DNA of 64,000 nt from a bacterium (GCA_963656415.1 CAVKIG010000001.1:1770-65769); one strand, 5' to 3'; positions 17,606 through 26,345 are shown, counted from the stretch's first letter. A program made the numbers and translations. Notes: a model not told the origin generated them from the letters alone.

Positions 17606-18316
17606 TCAATAGCAGTTTTTGATAGTGACCGAAAGATATGCGTCAAGGTCAAACGACGTCCAAGGCGCAATTTCCGGCGGATAAACTCTGAAAGTCATCT
17701 CTTTTCCGCTCACGGGGTGCGCAAAGCGAAGTTCGGTTGCCCACAAAGACAAGTGCGAATTCGTTTTGCTGCCGTATTTTTTGTCTCCGACGATGGGATT
17801 GCCCATGTTGGAGAGTTGCACTCTTATCTGATGTCCGCGCCCCGTCACGAGATTGACCATAAGAAGCGAATAATCGCCTTTCTGACAAAGCACTTTATAG
17901 TCGAGTTCGGCATATTTTGCGCCTTCACTGAGTGCGGGAACGACCTTGACCGTGTTGGTATCCGGGAATTTTTTGAGATAGCAAGTGAGTTTGTCCGCTT
18001 TGTATCTCGGCGCGCCTTCAACTACTGCGAGATATCTCTTCTCCACTTCTCCGTCTCTGATTTGTTGGCAAAGTCTAGCAGCGGCTTTTGACGTTTTTGC
18101 AAACACCATAACTCCGCCCGTGGGTCTATCAAGACGATGCACGAGCCCGAGATATGCGTCACCCGGTTTGTTGTACGTTTCGACAAGATACTGTTTGAGC
18201 ATTGTCAACATATCCGCATCGCCGCTTTCGTCCGCCTGCACGGGAACGTCGTAAGGCTTCACGACCACGAGCAAGTGATTGTCTTCGTATACGATTTTCA
18301 AATCTTTGTAAGTCAT
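17606..18316 (-). CDS. RluA-family pseudouridine synthase
   Basis: HRLDRPTGGVMVFAKT catalytic Asp motif. 236 aa. Confidence 0.85.
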   Translation of the reverse strand: MTYKDLKIVYEDNHLLVVVKPYDVPVQADESGDADMLTMLKQYLVETYNKPGDAYLGLVHRLDRPTGGVMVFAKTSKAAARLCQQIRDGEVEKRYLAVVEGAPRYKADKLTCYLKKFPDTNTVKVVPALSEGAKYAELDYKVLCQKGDYSLLMVNLVTGRGHQIRVQLSNMGNPIVGDKKYGSKTNSHLSLWATELRFAHPVSGKEMTFRVYPPEIAPWTSFDLDAYLSVTIKNCY

Positions 18317-18422
18317 TTTTCTTTTTCCGTTTATCGATTATTTTCTTGTGTCGTTTGAGATATTCCACCGAATGAATGATTTTGAAAATTCCGATTTCAG
18401 TCGAATAGAATATCGATATTTC

Positions 18423-19283
18423 TTATTTTGTGAAAGTTGCAAAAGCCGTGCAACCTTGCGGAAGAACAAGCCCTTCCTTTGTCGCAAGTCCTATTTCGTC
18501 GGCGTCGATAACCGCGTTTTTCGGAAGTGCGAGTTTGAGTATGTTTGCCATAACCGTCGGTTGAAGCCCCGTCGTGTAACTGTTGAGACACACAAACAAA
18601 GGCTCGTCGCTCAAAAGGTTTGCCACGAGTTCGACAAGTTCGGATATGCCTTCTTCGATTTTCCACTTTTCGCCGTTCGGACCGCGCCCGAAAGACGGCG
18701 GATCGAGAATAATCGCGTCGTATTTGTGTCCCCTGCGAATTTCTCTTTGGCAGAATTTGAAGCAATCGTCGATGATATATCTCATTCCGCTATTGTCAAG
18801 CCCCGACAACTTTACGTTTTCTCCGGCACGCTCAACCATAGCCTTTGCACTGTCAACGTGACACACGTTTGCGCCTGCTTTGAGACAAGCAACGCTTGCC
18901 GCCCCAGTGTATCCGAAAAGATTGAGTACGTTGATTTTTCGCCCGGCACTTTCGATGAGTTTCATCATCCTGTCCCAGTTCACCGCTTGTTCGGGGAAAA
19001 GTCCCGTGTGCTTAAAGCCCATAAGTTTAAGCGAAAACTTCAAATCGCGCCAACCTATCGTAAATTCGCTCGGAATCTGACGGCGATATTTCCACATACC
19101 GCCTCCCGTTTGCGAACGCTCGTAGACCGCATCGATGTTTTCATAGGAGCGAAGCGGTTTTTTTGCGTGCCATATGACTTGCGGATCGGGACGAAGGAGA
19201 GTGAGATTGCCCCACTTCTCCAACTTTTCGCCGTCGCCCGTCGCTATGACGGAATATTCTTTCCAATCGGGTGCGATTTTCAT
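18423..19283 (-). CDS. Class I SAM-dependent (RlmI/YccW-like) methyltransferase
   Basis: NLFGYTGAASVACLKAG and AIILDPPSFGRG motifs. The ATG at 19283 overlaps the ileS stop (ATGA). Confidence 0.7.
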   Translation of the reverse strand: MKIAPDWKEYSVIATGDGEKLEKWGNLTLLRPDPQVIWHAKKPLRSYENIDAVYERSQTGGGMWKYRRQIPSEFTIGWRDLKFSLKLMGFKHTGLFPEQAVNWDRMMKLIESAGRKINVLNLFGYTGAASVACLKAGANVCHVDSAKAMVERAGENVKLSGLDNSGMRYIIDDCFKFCQREIRRGHKYDAIILDPPSFGRGPNGEKWKIEEGISELVELVANLLSDEPLFVCLNSYTTGLQPTVMANILKLALPKNAVIDADEIGLATKEGLVLPQGCTAFATFTK

Positions 19284-22200
19284 ACTCTCTTGACAGAAAC
19301 GGTCACGGTTTCGCCGTTGATGTCGCAATCTTTGGCAAATCCGTCAATGGTTGTAGAGATGCTGTCTGCAAGCACGTCTTTAAGGAAGTCAGCGCGCTCG
19401 AAAATTCTCTTCGCTTCGCCGGTCGCCTTGTATCCGATGACGATATGATCGGTCACTTCGAAGCCTGCTTCCTTACGCATATTTTGTATCTTTGATACAA
19501 TTTCTCTTTCGATACCTTCGTCGATAAGTTCGGGCGTGAGTTCGGTGTCCAAAACGACCGTCGTTTCGCCGTCGCTTTCGCTCGAATAACCTTCCTTGTT
19601 CTTCATATTGATGAGAAGATCGTCTTTTGCAAGTTCGATGAGTTTGCCGTCGATGTCGTATTTGAACAAATCGCCGTTTTTAACCGCCGCAACGATTTCT
19701 TCCGCTCTTTCCTGCAAAAGTTGTCTTATCTTGCCGAGCATTGCCCCGTATTTCGGTCCGAGCGTGCGAAGTTGCGGTTTCAAATCGTAACTTACAAACA
19801 CGTTGCTGTCTTGCGAATGTTCGACGCTCTTGACGTTGAGTTCGTCTTCGACGAGTTCTTTAAGGTCGTTTGACAGCTCGTATCTGCCGTTGTAGAAGAG
19901 TTTTGAAAGCGGCTGTCTGTTTTTAAGGTTAGAGCCGTTTCTTGCCGCTCTTCCGAGAACGACGAGTTTCAGAACGTTGCCCATGCCTTCTTCAAGGCGC
20001 GGATCGATCATGCTTTCGTCTGCAATCGGGAACGAGCAAAGATGCACGCTTTCGGGCGCGTTATTGTCGAAGTTGCGGACAAGATTCTGATACATTTCTT
20101 CCGCAAGGAACGGTGTGAACGGAGCAAGAATCTTCGAAAGCGTTGCAAGCACGGTATAAAGCGTGGTGTAAGCCGCTTCTTTGTTCTTGGTCATATCGCT
20201 ACCCCAGAAACGCTCTCTACTGCGTCTGACGTACCAGTTGGAAAGCACGTCCACGAAGTCGCCGATTGCGCGAGCGGTTTCGGTGATTTTGTATTCCGCA
20301 AGACCTTCATCAACCGTCTTTATGAGCGTGTTGAGTCCCGACAAAATCCACTTGTCCATGATTGTGAGTTTTTGATCTTTCAGGTTGTGTTCGAGCGGAT
20401 TGAATTTGTCGATCTCTGCGTACAGCACGAAGAAAGCATAAGTGTTCCAAAGCGTACCCATAAACTTTCTTTGGCTCTCGCTGACGGCGTCCGCATGGAA
20501 TCTCGACGGAAGCCACGGTGCGCTCGTCGTGTAGAAATACCATCTCGTAGCGTCTGCTCCCTGTTTGTCGAGAACGGTCCACGGATCGACAACGTTGCCT
20601 TTGTGCTTGGACATCTTCACTCCGTCCTTGTCGTTGACGTGTCCGAGAACGATACAGTTCTTGAACGGCGCTTTGTCGAAAAGCACGGTGTTGACGGCAA
20701 GCAGCGTATAGAACCAACCGCGAGTTTGGTCAACCGCTTCAGAAATGAAGTCCGCCGGGAATACTTTCTCGAAAGTTTCTTTGTTTTCAAACGGATAGTG
20801 CCACTGCGCAAAAGGCATAGAGCCCGAGTCGAACCAGCAATCGAGCACTTCGGGCGTACGAATCATTTCTCCGCCGCATTCGCACTCCCACTTCACGTCG
20901 TCGATATACGGACGGTGCAATTCGACGTCGTGGTCGAGATGCGCCTTTTCGCGAAGTTCCGCCTTAGAGCCGATGACGTGAATCTTGCCGCACTTGTTGC
21001 ATACCCAGATAGGAAGCGGAGTGCCCCAGTATCTTTCACGAGAAATGCCCCAGTCGATGACGTTTTCAAGGAAGTTGCCCATACGACCGTTTTTGATGGT
21101 CTCGGGCATCCAGTTGACGGAATCGTTTGAAACGAGCAATTTTTCTTTGACGTCCGTCATCTTCACAAACCAACTCGAACGAGCGTAGTAAAGAAGCGGA
21201 GTGTCGCAACGCCAGCAGAACGGATAGGAGTGCGTGAAGCGAAGCGTTTTGAAAAGTTTGCCTTCCTTTTTGAGTTTTTCGATGATATATTTGTCGGCGT
21301 CTTTGCAGAACAGTCCTTTGAAATCGTAGACGGCGTCGCGGAATCTGCCGCGATCGTCCACCATCTGAACGAACGGGAGACCGTATTTCTTGCCGACTTT
21401 TGAGTCGTCTTCACCGAATGCGGGCGCAATGTGAACGATGCCCGTACCGTCGGTGAGAGTGACGTAAGAATCGTTGGTGATATAATACGCTTTTTCCTTT
21501 GCGCCGGTCTCGTAATCGAAGAGCGGCTCGTATTCCACGTACTCGTACTCACTGCCCTTTCTCGTGTCCACTTTGACGAAATCCACGTCATGGAAAAGCG
21601 TGGGAATAAGCGCGTCTGCGAGTATAAAATACTCGTCGTTGACTTTGAGTTTGGTGTAGTCTTCTTTGCCGTTCATGCAGAGCGCGACGTTGCTGGGAAG
21701 AGTCCAAGGAGTCGTCGTCCAAGCAAGGAAGTAGACGTTTTCTTCGCCCTTGACCTTGAATTTGACGAAAACGGAAGTTTCTTCGACGTCCTTGTAGCCC
21801 TGCGCCACTTCGTGAGAAGAAAGCGCGGTTCCGCAACGCGGGCAATACGGCACGATTTTGTAGCCTTTGTAGATAAGTCCCTTGTCCGCCATTTGTTTGA
21901 GCGCCCACCAAACCGACTCGATATAGTTGTTGTCGTAGGTGATGTACGGGTTGTCCATATCCGCCCAATAACCGATACGGTCGGACATCTTGCGCCACTC
22001 GTCCGTATACTTCCACACGGACTCTTTGCACTTCTTTATAAACGGTTCGATACCGTATTTTTCAATCTCTTGTTTTCCGTCGATTCCGAGCATTTTTTCC
22101 ACTTCGAGTTCGACGGGAAGACCGTGAGTGTCCCAGCCCGCTTTGCGAAGAACGTGATATCCCTTCATCGTCTTGTAACGCGGAATAATATCCTTCATGA

Positions 22201-22387
22201 CACGGGTGAGAATATGCCCTATATGCGGCTTGCCGTTTGCAGTCGGCGGGCCGTCGTAAAAACTGAATTCGGGGTTGCCTTCGTTCTTGGCAACGCTCTT
22301 TTCAAAGATGTGTTCTTGCTTCCAGAATTCAAGGACTTCTTTTTCGCGTCCTACGAAATCGAGATTCGTTTCAACCGGTTTATACAT
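19280..22387 (-). CDS. ileS: Isoleucine-tRNA ligase, long type-2 form
   Basis: PPTANGKPHIGH (HIGH) and KMSKHKGN (KMSKS) motifs. ~1035 aa with no C-terminal Zn-finger tail. The ATG at 22387 has TAGGAGT 6 nt upstream. Confidence 0.95.
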   Translation of the reverse strand: MYKPVETNLDFVGREKEVLEFWKQEHIFEKSVAKNEGNPEFSFYDGPPTANGKPHIGHILTRVMKDIIPRYKTMKGYHVLRKAGWDTHGLPVELEVEKMLGIDGKQEIEKYGIEPFIKKCKESVWKYTDEWRKMSDRIGYWADMDNPYITYDNNYIESVWWALKQMADKGLIYKGYKIVPYCPRCGTALSSHEVAQGYKDVEETSVFVKFKVKGEENVYFLAWTTTPWTLPSNVALCMNGKEDYTKLKVNDEYFILADALIPTLFHDVDFVKVDTRKGSEYEYVEYEPLFDYETGAKEKAYYITNDSYVTLTDGTGIVHIAPAFGEDDSKVGKKYGLPFVQMVDDRGRFRDAVYDFKGLFCKDADKYIIEKLKKEGKLFKTLRFTHSYPFCWRCDTPLLYYARSSWFVKMTDVKEKLLVSNDSVNWMPETIKNGRMGNFLENVIDWGISRERYWGTPLPIWVCNKCGKIHVIGSKAELREKAHLDHDVELHRPYIDDVKWECECGGEMIRTPEVLDCWFDSGSMPFAQWHYPFENKETFEKVFPADFISEAVDQTRGWFYTLLAVNTVLFDKAPFKNCIVLGHVNDKDGVKMSKHKGNVVDPWTVLDKQGADATRWYFYTTSAPWLPSRFHADAVSESQRKFMGTLWNTYAFFVLYAEIDKFNPLEHNLKDQKLTIMDKWILSGLNTLIKTVDEGLAEYKITETARAIGDFVDVLSNWYVRRSRERFWGSDMTKNKEAAYTTLYTVLATLSKILAPFTPFLAEEMYQNLVRNFDNNAPESVHLCSFPIADESMIDPRLEEGMGNVLKLVVLGRAARNGSNLKNRQPLSKLFYNGRYELSNDLKELVEDELNVKSVEHSQDSNVFVSYDLKPQLRTLGPKYGAMLGKIRQLLQERAEEIVAAVKNGDLFKYDIDGKLIELAKDDLLINMKNKEGYSSESDGETTVVLDTELTPELIDEGIEREIVSKIQNMRKEAGFEVTDHIVIGYKATGEAKRIFERADFLKDVLADSISTTIDGFAKDCDINGETVTVSVKRV

Positions 22388-22423
22388 CGTGACTCCTAAA
22401 AAATCATAATATAAGATTTTATG

Positions 22424-22452
22424 ATTATAAAACAATACTGACCAAAACGCAA
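22424..22452 (-). promoter_or_regulatory. Sigma-A-type promoter of ileS (TTGCGT-17-TATAAT)
   Basis: Minus-strand hexamers. They leave a ~30-nt leader containing the AT hairpin AATCATAA-N9-TTATGATT. Confidence 0.5.
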
Positions 22453-22616
22453 GCGTTTCAAGCCTTAATGCATAACAAATCCGGCAACAAAAACTTCATA
22501 GTGGTATTATTCGCAACGACACACATGGACTTCGCAAATGAAAACGCTTTCGATTCTTCGCAAATAGTCTAAATCACATAAAAAAGCAATCGCAAGGTTT
22601 TACAATAAGAATTATC

Positions 22617-22644
22617 TTGACTTTTCAAAAAGTCGTGCTACAAT
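22617..22644 (+). promoter_or_regulatory. Sigma-A-type promoter of tRNA-Gly (TTGACT-16-TACAAT)
   Basis: The hexamers lie 19 nt upstream of the tRNA 5' end. Confidence 0.6.
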
Positions 22645-22662
22645 CATAGAGCAAAGTGGTTT

Positions 22663-22736
22663 GCGGGCGTAGTTTAATGGCAAAACGAAAGCTTCCCAAG
22701 CTTTAGTCGTGAGTTCGATTCTCATCGCCCGCTCCA
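22663..22736 (+). tRNA. tRNA-Gly (anticodon CCC), CCA encoded
   Basis: Hand-folded cloverleaf. Acceptor GCGGGCG/CGCCCGC, D stem GTTT/AAAC, anticodon stem AAAGC/GCTTT with loop TTCCCAA, T stem GTGAG/CTCAT with loop TTCGATT, then T-CCA. Confidence 0.9.
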
Positions 22737-22761
22737 TTTTTTTTCGTATAAGGAGATTTTT

Positions 22762-23097
22762 ATGAGAGAGATGATAGGATTTTTCGGTCTTGACTGCGAA
22801 AAATGTCAGGCAAGAATCGCAACTAAAAACGACGATGACAAATTGCGTAAGCAAGTAGCCAACGAGTGGAGCAAACTCAACGGCATACTTATAACTCCAG
22901 AAATGATAAACTGCGACGGTTGCCGAGTAAACGGAGTCAAAACGCCTTTCTGTGACAAACTCTGCACCATACGACAATGCGCTCTTAAAAACGAAAAAGA
23001 AACGTGCGGCGCTTGCTCGCTTCTCGACACTTGCGACGAGGTTGCAATGATAATCGCAAACAACAGCGAAGCGTCGGCAAATCTAAAATGCGAATAA
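22762..23097 (+). CDS. Cys-rich DUF3795-like protein
   Basis: 111 aa with several CxxC/CxxxC pairs (CEKC, CDGC, CGAC). AAGGAGA RBS and a strong terminator downstream. Confidence 0.55.
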   Translation: MREMIGFFGLDCEKCQARIATKNDDDKLRKQVANEWSKLNGILITPEMINCDGCRVNGVKTPFCDKLCTIRQCALKNEKETCGACSLLDTCDEVAMIIANNSEASANLKCE

Positions 23098-23116
23098 CAC
23101 AATCAAATCTACGCCG

Positions 23117-23151
23117 AAAAATCCGCGAAAAATCGTTCGCGGATTTTTTTA
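23117..23151 (+). terminator. Intrinsic terminator after the DUF3795 gene
   Basis: ATCCGCGAA-AAATCG-TTCGCGGAT followed by a run of seven T. Confidence 0.8.
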
Positions 23152-23235
23152 TTAAGCATAAAATTCTAAACGACAACTGAAACCTATATCTTAAAAAAGC
23201 GTTCCTGAGCAATCAAACAGAATAAAAGCAATAGT

Positions 23236-23390
23236 ACACTTATCGTGTTGCGTTTTAACTCAAAACGCCATATTTTGTTTGTTTTTAGCGGAAATATGTT
23301 ATATTTGAACACTTATCGTGTTTCCTTATATGCTAAAATAACACGATTAGTGTTGTATAAAGCTAAAATTTTGCAATACACGAATTGTGT
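23236..23390. promoter_or_regulatory. Four ACAC-N5-GTGT palindromes upstream of the ABC operon
   Basis: ACACTTATCGTGT (23236-23248 and 23309-23321), ACACGATTAGTGT (23341-23353) and ACACGAATTGTGT (23378-23390). Confidence 0.5.
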
Positions 23391-23446
23391 AATTTGACAT
23401 AAAAATTAAAATCCATTTAACCTTGCAACGCGAAAATCAAAAGTTA

Positions 23447-23474
23447 TGGACATTTGTATAAAAAGTGATATAAT
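23447..23474 (+). promoter_or_regulatory. Promoter of the ABC operon (TGGACA-16-TGaTATAAT, extended -10)
   Basis: The hexamers lie about 40 nt upstream of the ATG at 23513. Confidence 0.5.
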
Positions 23475-23512
23475 GAAGAAAACGAAACGCGCTATATGCG
23501 CACGGAGTATAT

Positions 23513-24436
23513 ATGAACGTTTTTGAAACATCACATCTAAAAAAATCCTATGGGAAGAAGGCTGTGCTGAAAGACGTCAATCTCACCGTCAGAGAAGGTG
23601 AAATCTACGGTCTTATAGGCAAAAACGGCGCAGGCAAGACAACTCTTATGAGAGTTTTGCTTGGACTCACCGCTCCAACCGACGGAGAAATCAAAATCAA
23701 CGGTTCAAGTTCAAAGGACGCTTTGGCGTATGAAAGACGAAAAGTCGGAGCTATCGTAGACTCCCCTTCCCTGTTCCTTCACCTTACTGCAATGGAAAAT
23801 ATGAAGGCTTTCGGATACGAACTCGGCGAGAAGGACGAAAACACGCTCAAAAACCTTATGAGAAAAGTCGGCCTAGATCCCGAAAACCCCACAAATGTCA
23901 AGAATTATTCTTTGGGAATGAAACAAAGGCTTGCAATCGCCGTTTCACTCATCGCAAATCCGAGCATTCTCGTGCTTGACGAGCCTGTCAACGGTCTAGA
24001 CCCTGCCGGCATCTTTGAAGTGAGAGAAATCCTTCAATATCTCAACCGTGAAGAAAAGATCACTATTATCATTTCATCGCACATTTTGAGTGAGCTTGCA
24101 AAACTTGCAACGTCCTACGGCATCATGGACGACGGCAAAATCGTCAAGGAAATGCGCGGAAGCGACCTTGAAGAGATGTGCCGCCCGTATATCAAGTTGG
24201 TTGTCGGCGATTTGAAAACCGCGCTCAATGTCATCGTGGAGAACTACCACGCGCACGATTTTGAGATTCTGCCCTACAACACACTCGCCATCTACGACTT
24301 GTCAAGGGAAATTCCCGACGTTGTGAAACTCTTCACCGATGCAAACGTGCCTATCATGAACGTCACGATGTGTCAAGGCGATTTGGAATCCACTTTTATT
24401 GCTCTTATGGGAGGATTGCACGATGACGAAAAATAA
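23513..24436 (+). CDS. ABC transporter ATP-binding protein (ABC-2 / bacitracin-lantibiotic-export type)
   Basis: GKNGAGKTT Walker A, YSLGMKQRLAIA signature, LVLDEP Walker B. GGAG RBS. Confidence 0.9.
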   Translation: MNVFETSHLKKSYGKKAVLKDVNLTVREGEIYGLIGKNGAGKTTLMRVLLGLTAPTDGEIKINGSSSKDALAYERRKVGAIVDSPSLFLHLTAMENMKAFGYELGEKDENTLKNLMRKVGLDPENPTNVKNYSLGMKQRLAIAVSLIANPSILVLDEPVNGLDPAGIFEVREILQYLNREEKITIIISSHILSELAKLATSYGIMDDGKIVKEMRGSDLEEMCRPYIKLVVGDLKTALNVIVENYHAHDFEILPYNTLAIYDLSREIPDVVKLFTDANVPIMNVTMCQGDLESTFIALMGGLHDDEK

Positions 24437-25271
24437 TTCTATGTCCAACGTGATGCTTGCCGACTACTACAAGCTCAAAAAACTCAAAAGCGTGTGGATC
24501 GGGCTTATCGTGATGTTCCTGCTCTTACTTTTGGGATATTGCGCCTATTGGGTGGGCATCAAAATCGTCGAATCTCGCCCCATAAACCCTGCCGATCCCG
24601 AAGCGGATATAATCAAGGATCAGACGATTGCATATCTCAACACGATTCGCAAAACAATGCTTTACGGCTCGACTTCAACCGTGCGTATAGAACTGTTTGT
24701 AGCAATCATCGCGTGCATATTTATCGGCAAAGACTTCTCTTGCGGCGCAACTGCAATCTACACCGCTCGCGGAACAAAGAGAGCACAAACCTACTTCTCG
24801 AAGTTGTTCTCGCTCATCACGCTTTTTGTTGCGTATGCGTGCATTATGCTCATTTTCAGCGGCATATTCAGCTCGTTTGACGGCAGACTCGGACCGTTTG
24901 GCAAAGCGGAATTTGCCATGCTGATGCGCAACTTCTTCCTGCAACTGCTCTGCGGCATAGCGTCGATATCCATATTCACGATGATAGCGTTTTTGACAAG
25001 AAGCAGCGTCGCGGCTCTTGCCACCAACATCGGCATATACGTGGTGCTCGGCATCATCATAAGTCTGATTACAATGATCACAAGCATTGACGGCAGCGAA
25101 AACGCGAACACATGGGCATACTTCCTGCCATTGCAACAAATGACAATCGCGTCCACGGTGGGAAAACTCACAAAAGCACAAAAAGTTGCCGTGACGGTTA
25201 TGCCGATCGTCTACACCGTCATCTCAACGCTTATAGGCTATTTCACCTTTGAAAAACGCGACATCAAGTGA
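24423..25271 (+). CDS. ABC-2 type permease
   Basis: Six predicted hydrophobic segments. The ATG at 24423 has GGAGG 8 nt upstream and overlaps the ATPase gene end. Confidence 0.75.
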   Translation: MTKNNSMSNVMLADYYKLKKLKSVWIGLIVMFLLLLLGYCAYWVGIKIVESRPINPADPEADIIKDQTIAYLNTIRKTMLYGSTSTVRIELFVAIIACIFIGKDFSCGATAIYTARGTKRAQTYFSKLFSLITLFVAYACIMLIFSGIFSSFDGRLGPFGKAEFAMLMRNFFLQLLCGIASISIFTMIAFLTRSSVAALATNIGIYVVLGIIISLITMITSIDGSENANTWAYFLPLQQMTIASTVGKLTKAQKVAVTVMPIVYTVISTLIGYFTFEKRDIK

Positions 25272-25454
25272 CAATTTGTCATTGTAAGCACAAATATAAA
25301 GCCGATTTGATAGCAAAACGTAAAAACGAGCCTAAAAACGCTTGTGGTATGAAAAGCAGTTTGGAAAAACGCTTTTGACAAGGCAAAACATTTTGAAAAA
25401 CCAAGTTTGAAAACATAACAAACTTGAAAAAGCAATAACACAACTCAAAAACAT

Positions 25455-25484
25455 CAAAAAAGTCCGCAAATGCGGACTTTTTTC
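25455..25484. terminator. Bidirectional terminator (ABC operon on +, SRP RNA region on -)
   Basis: AAAAAAGTCCGCA-AA-TGCGGACTTTTTT. Confidence 0.7.
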
Positions 25485-25521
25485 TTACGCAAACGTCAAT
25501 TTGCGACTTCAAACAAAAAAA

Positions 25522-25786
25522 CTGTGCGCCATCTTCGATAATCATCACCGAAGCGGGAACGACGTAGGTGGCTCCTTCAAAGTTTCCCTGTGGCACACGC
25601 CAACGCCTGCTTAGTGCTGCTGCGGTCAAGCTCTGACACGGTTCACAGTATGACATTGCACAGGACCTTGATATCGACACTCCTTGCGCCGTGCAGCCAA
25701 CCATGATGAAGACCTAGGATGGTGTTCGACACTGCTATTGCGGATTGCAGTTTACAGGGCACCGCAAGCTCCCCGTCTAGCACAGC
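25522..25786 (-). ncRNA. ffs: Signal recognition particle RNA, large Bacillus type with Alu domain
   Basis: The minus-strand RNA aligns by eye with B. subtilis scRNA, recalled from memory. The 5' block is GCUGUGCUAGACGGGGAGCUUGCGGUGCCCUGUAAACUGCAAUCCGC. Further on come GGUCCUGUGCAAUG...GUGUCAG...AGCAGCACUAAG...GUGUGCCACAGGG. The 5' CUGUGC pairs with the 3' GCACAG. It has its own TTGCAA-17-TATAAT promoter and a T-run at the 3' end. Confidence 0.85.
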
Positions 25787-25792
25787 GATATG

Positions 25793-25821
25793 ATTATATC
25801 ATCAACCACCGATTTTTGCAA
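25793..25821 (-). promoter_or_regulatory. Sigma-A-type promoter of the SRP RNA (TTGCAA-17-TATAAT)
   Basis: The -10 ends 6-7 nt before the predicted RNA 5' end (GCUGUGC...). Confidence 0.65.
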
Positions 25822-25857
25822 CAACAATTTTGCGTGAATTTTCACAACGATATGTTT

Positions 25858-26159
25858 TATACTTTAATGCAACTTTCCCCTTTCCTCAGGTGTTTTCCCC
25901 ATTGCCGTTTCCCCTTAAAAGGGAATCCACGGCAACCGCGTGGCGGGGGACAACACTCAGCTCTCGCATAGATTGGTATCGTACACTTATTATGCCACCA
26001 CGCTTTGTGCGCCGGCTACGCAACAACATGGCGCAGTCGCTCGTACAAACCGTCAAGCTCGGCGTTCGATTTGCTCGCCGCCGTTGCGGCTCGTGTTCCG
26101 TCTTCGAATATTCACAGTCCGTGTATAAGAACTCTCCGAATAGGTTTTCGTTTCGGGTG
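25858..26159 (+). repeat. R2 bipartite repeat, copy A
   Basis: A ~100-nt 5' module (TATACTTTAATGCAA...GGGGGACAACAC) and a 108-nt 3' module (GTCAAGCTCGGC...CGAATAGGTTTTCGTTTCGGGTG) are shared with 48238..48582. The core differs. Confidence 0.8.
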
Positions 26160-26183
26160 TGGGTGCCCCAACCGCTTAAAAAT

Positions 26184-26345
26184 ACCAAGCCGACAATCTT
26201 GCGAAGCTGCGGCAGGAGTTTTTGTCCGTTACCAAACTGATAGCAAAGATTTTCGGCGCGGTCAGCAGAACAACAAGCCTAATGCGGTTCTCGGCATTGC
26301 TTGCTTTCAAGCGATGCCGTTGCCGCAATGACGGCTTTTGTTCGG
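26184..26345 (+). repeat. R1 structured repeat, copy 3 (full)
   Basis: Starts ACCAAGCCGACAATCTTGCGAAGCTGCG. Ends GGCATTGCTTG-CTTT-CAAGCGATGCC, then GCCGT..ACGGC + TTTTGTT. Confidence 0.8.

Noticed and set aside
22388-22616. Expected T-box riboswitch upstream of ileS, and likewise at 58134-58356 upstream of valS.
   Set aside because: I read both minus-strand leaders fully. Neither has the conserved T-box 14-mer (AGGGTGGTACCGCG-like) nor a specifier-loop/antiterminator arrangement. Only short hairpins are present.
22612-22977. ORF 22612-22977 (-), 121 aa.
   Set aside because: It overlaps the tRNA-Gly gene and its promoter and lies antisense to the DUF3795 gene.
23236-23390. NrdR boxes, suggested by the ACAC...GTGT palindromes and a ~32-bp centre spacing between two sites.
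   Set aside because: NrdR boxes are 16-bp (ACAC-N8-GTGT-like) and precede nrd genes. These sites are 13-bp (N5) and precede an ABC exporter.
25350-25440. Reiterated TTTGAAAA-like strings downstream of the ABC permease.
   Set aside because: A-rich low-complexity sequence with imperfect, irregularly spaced copies. It cannot be distinguished from compositional bias.
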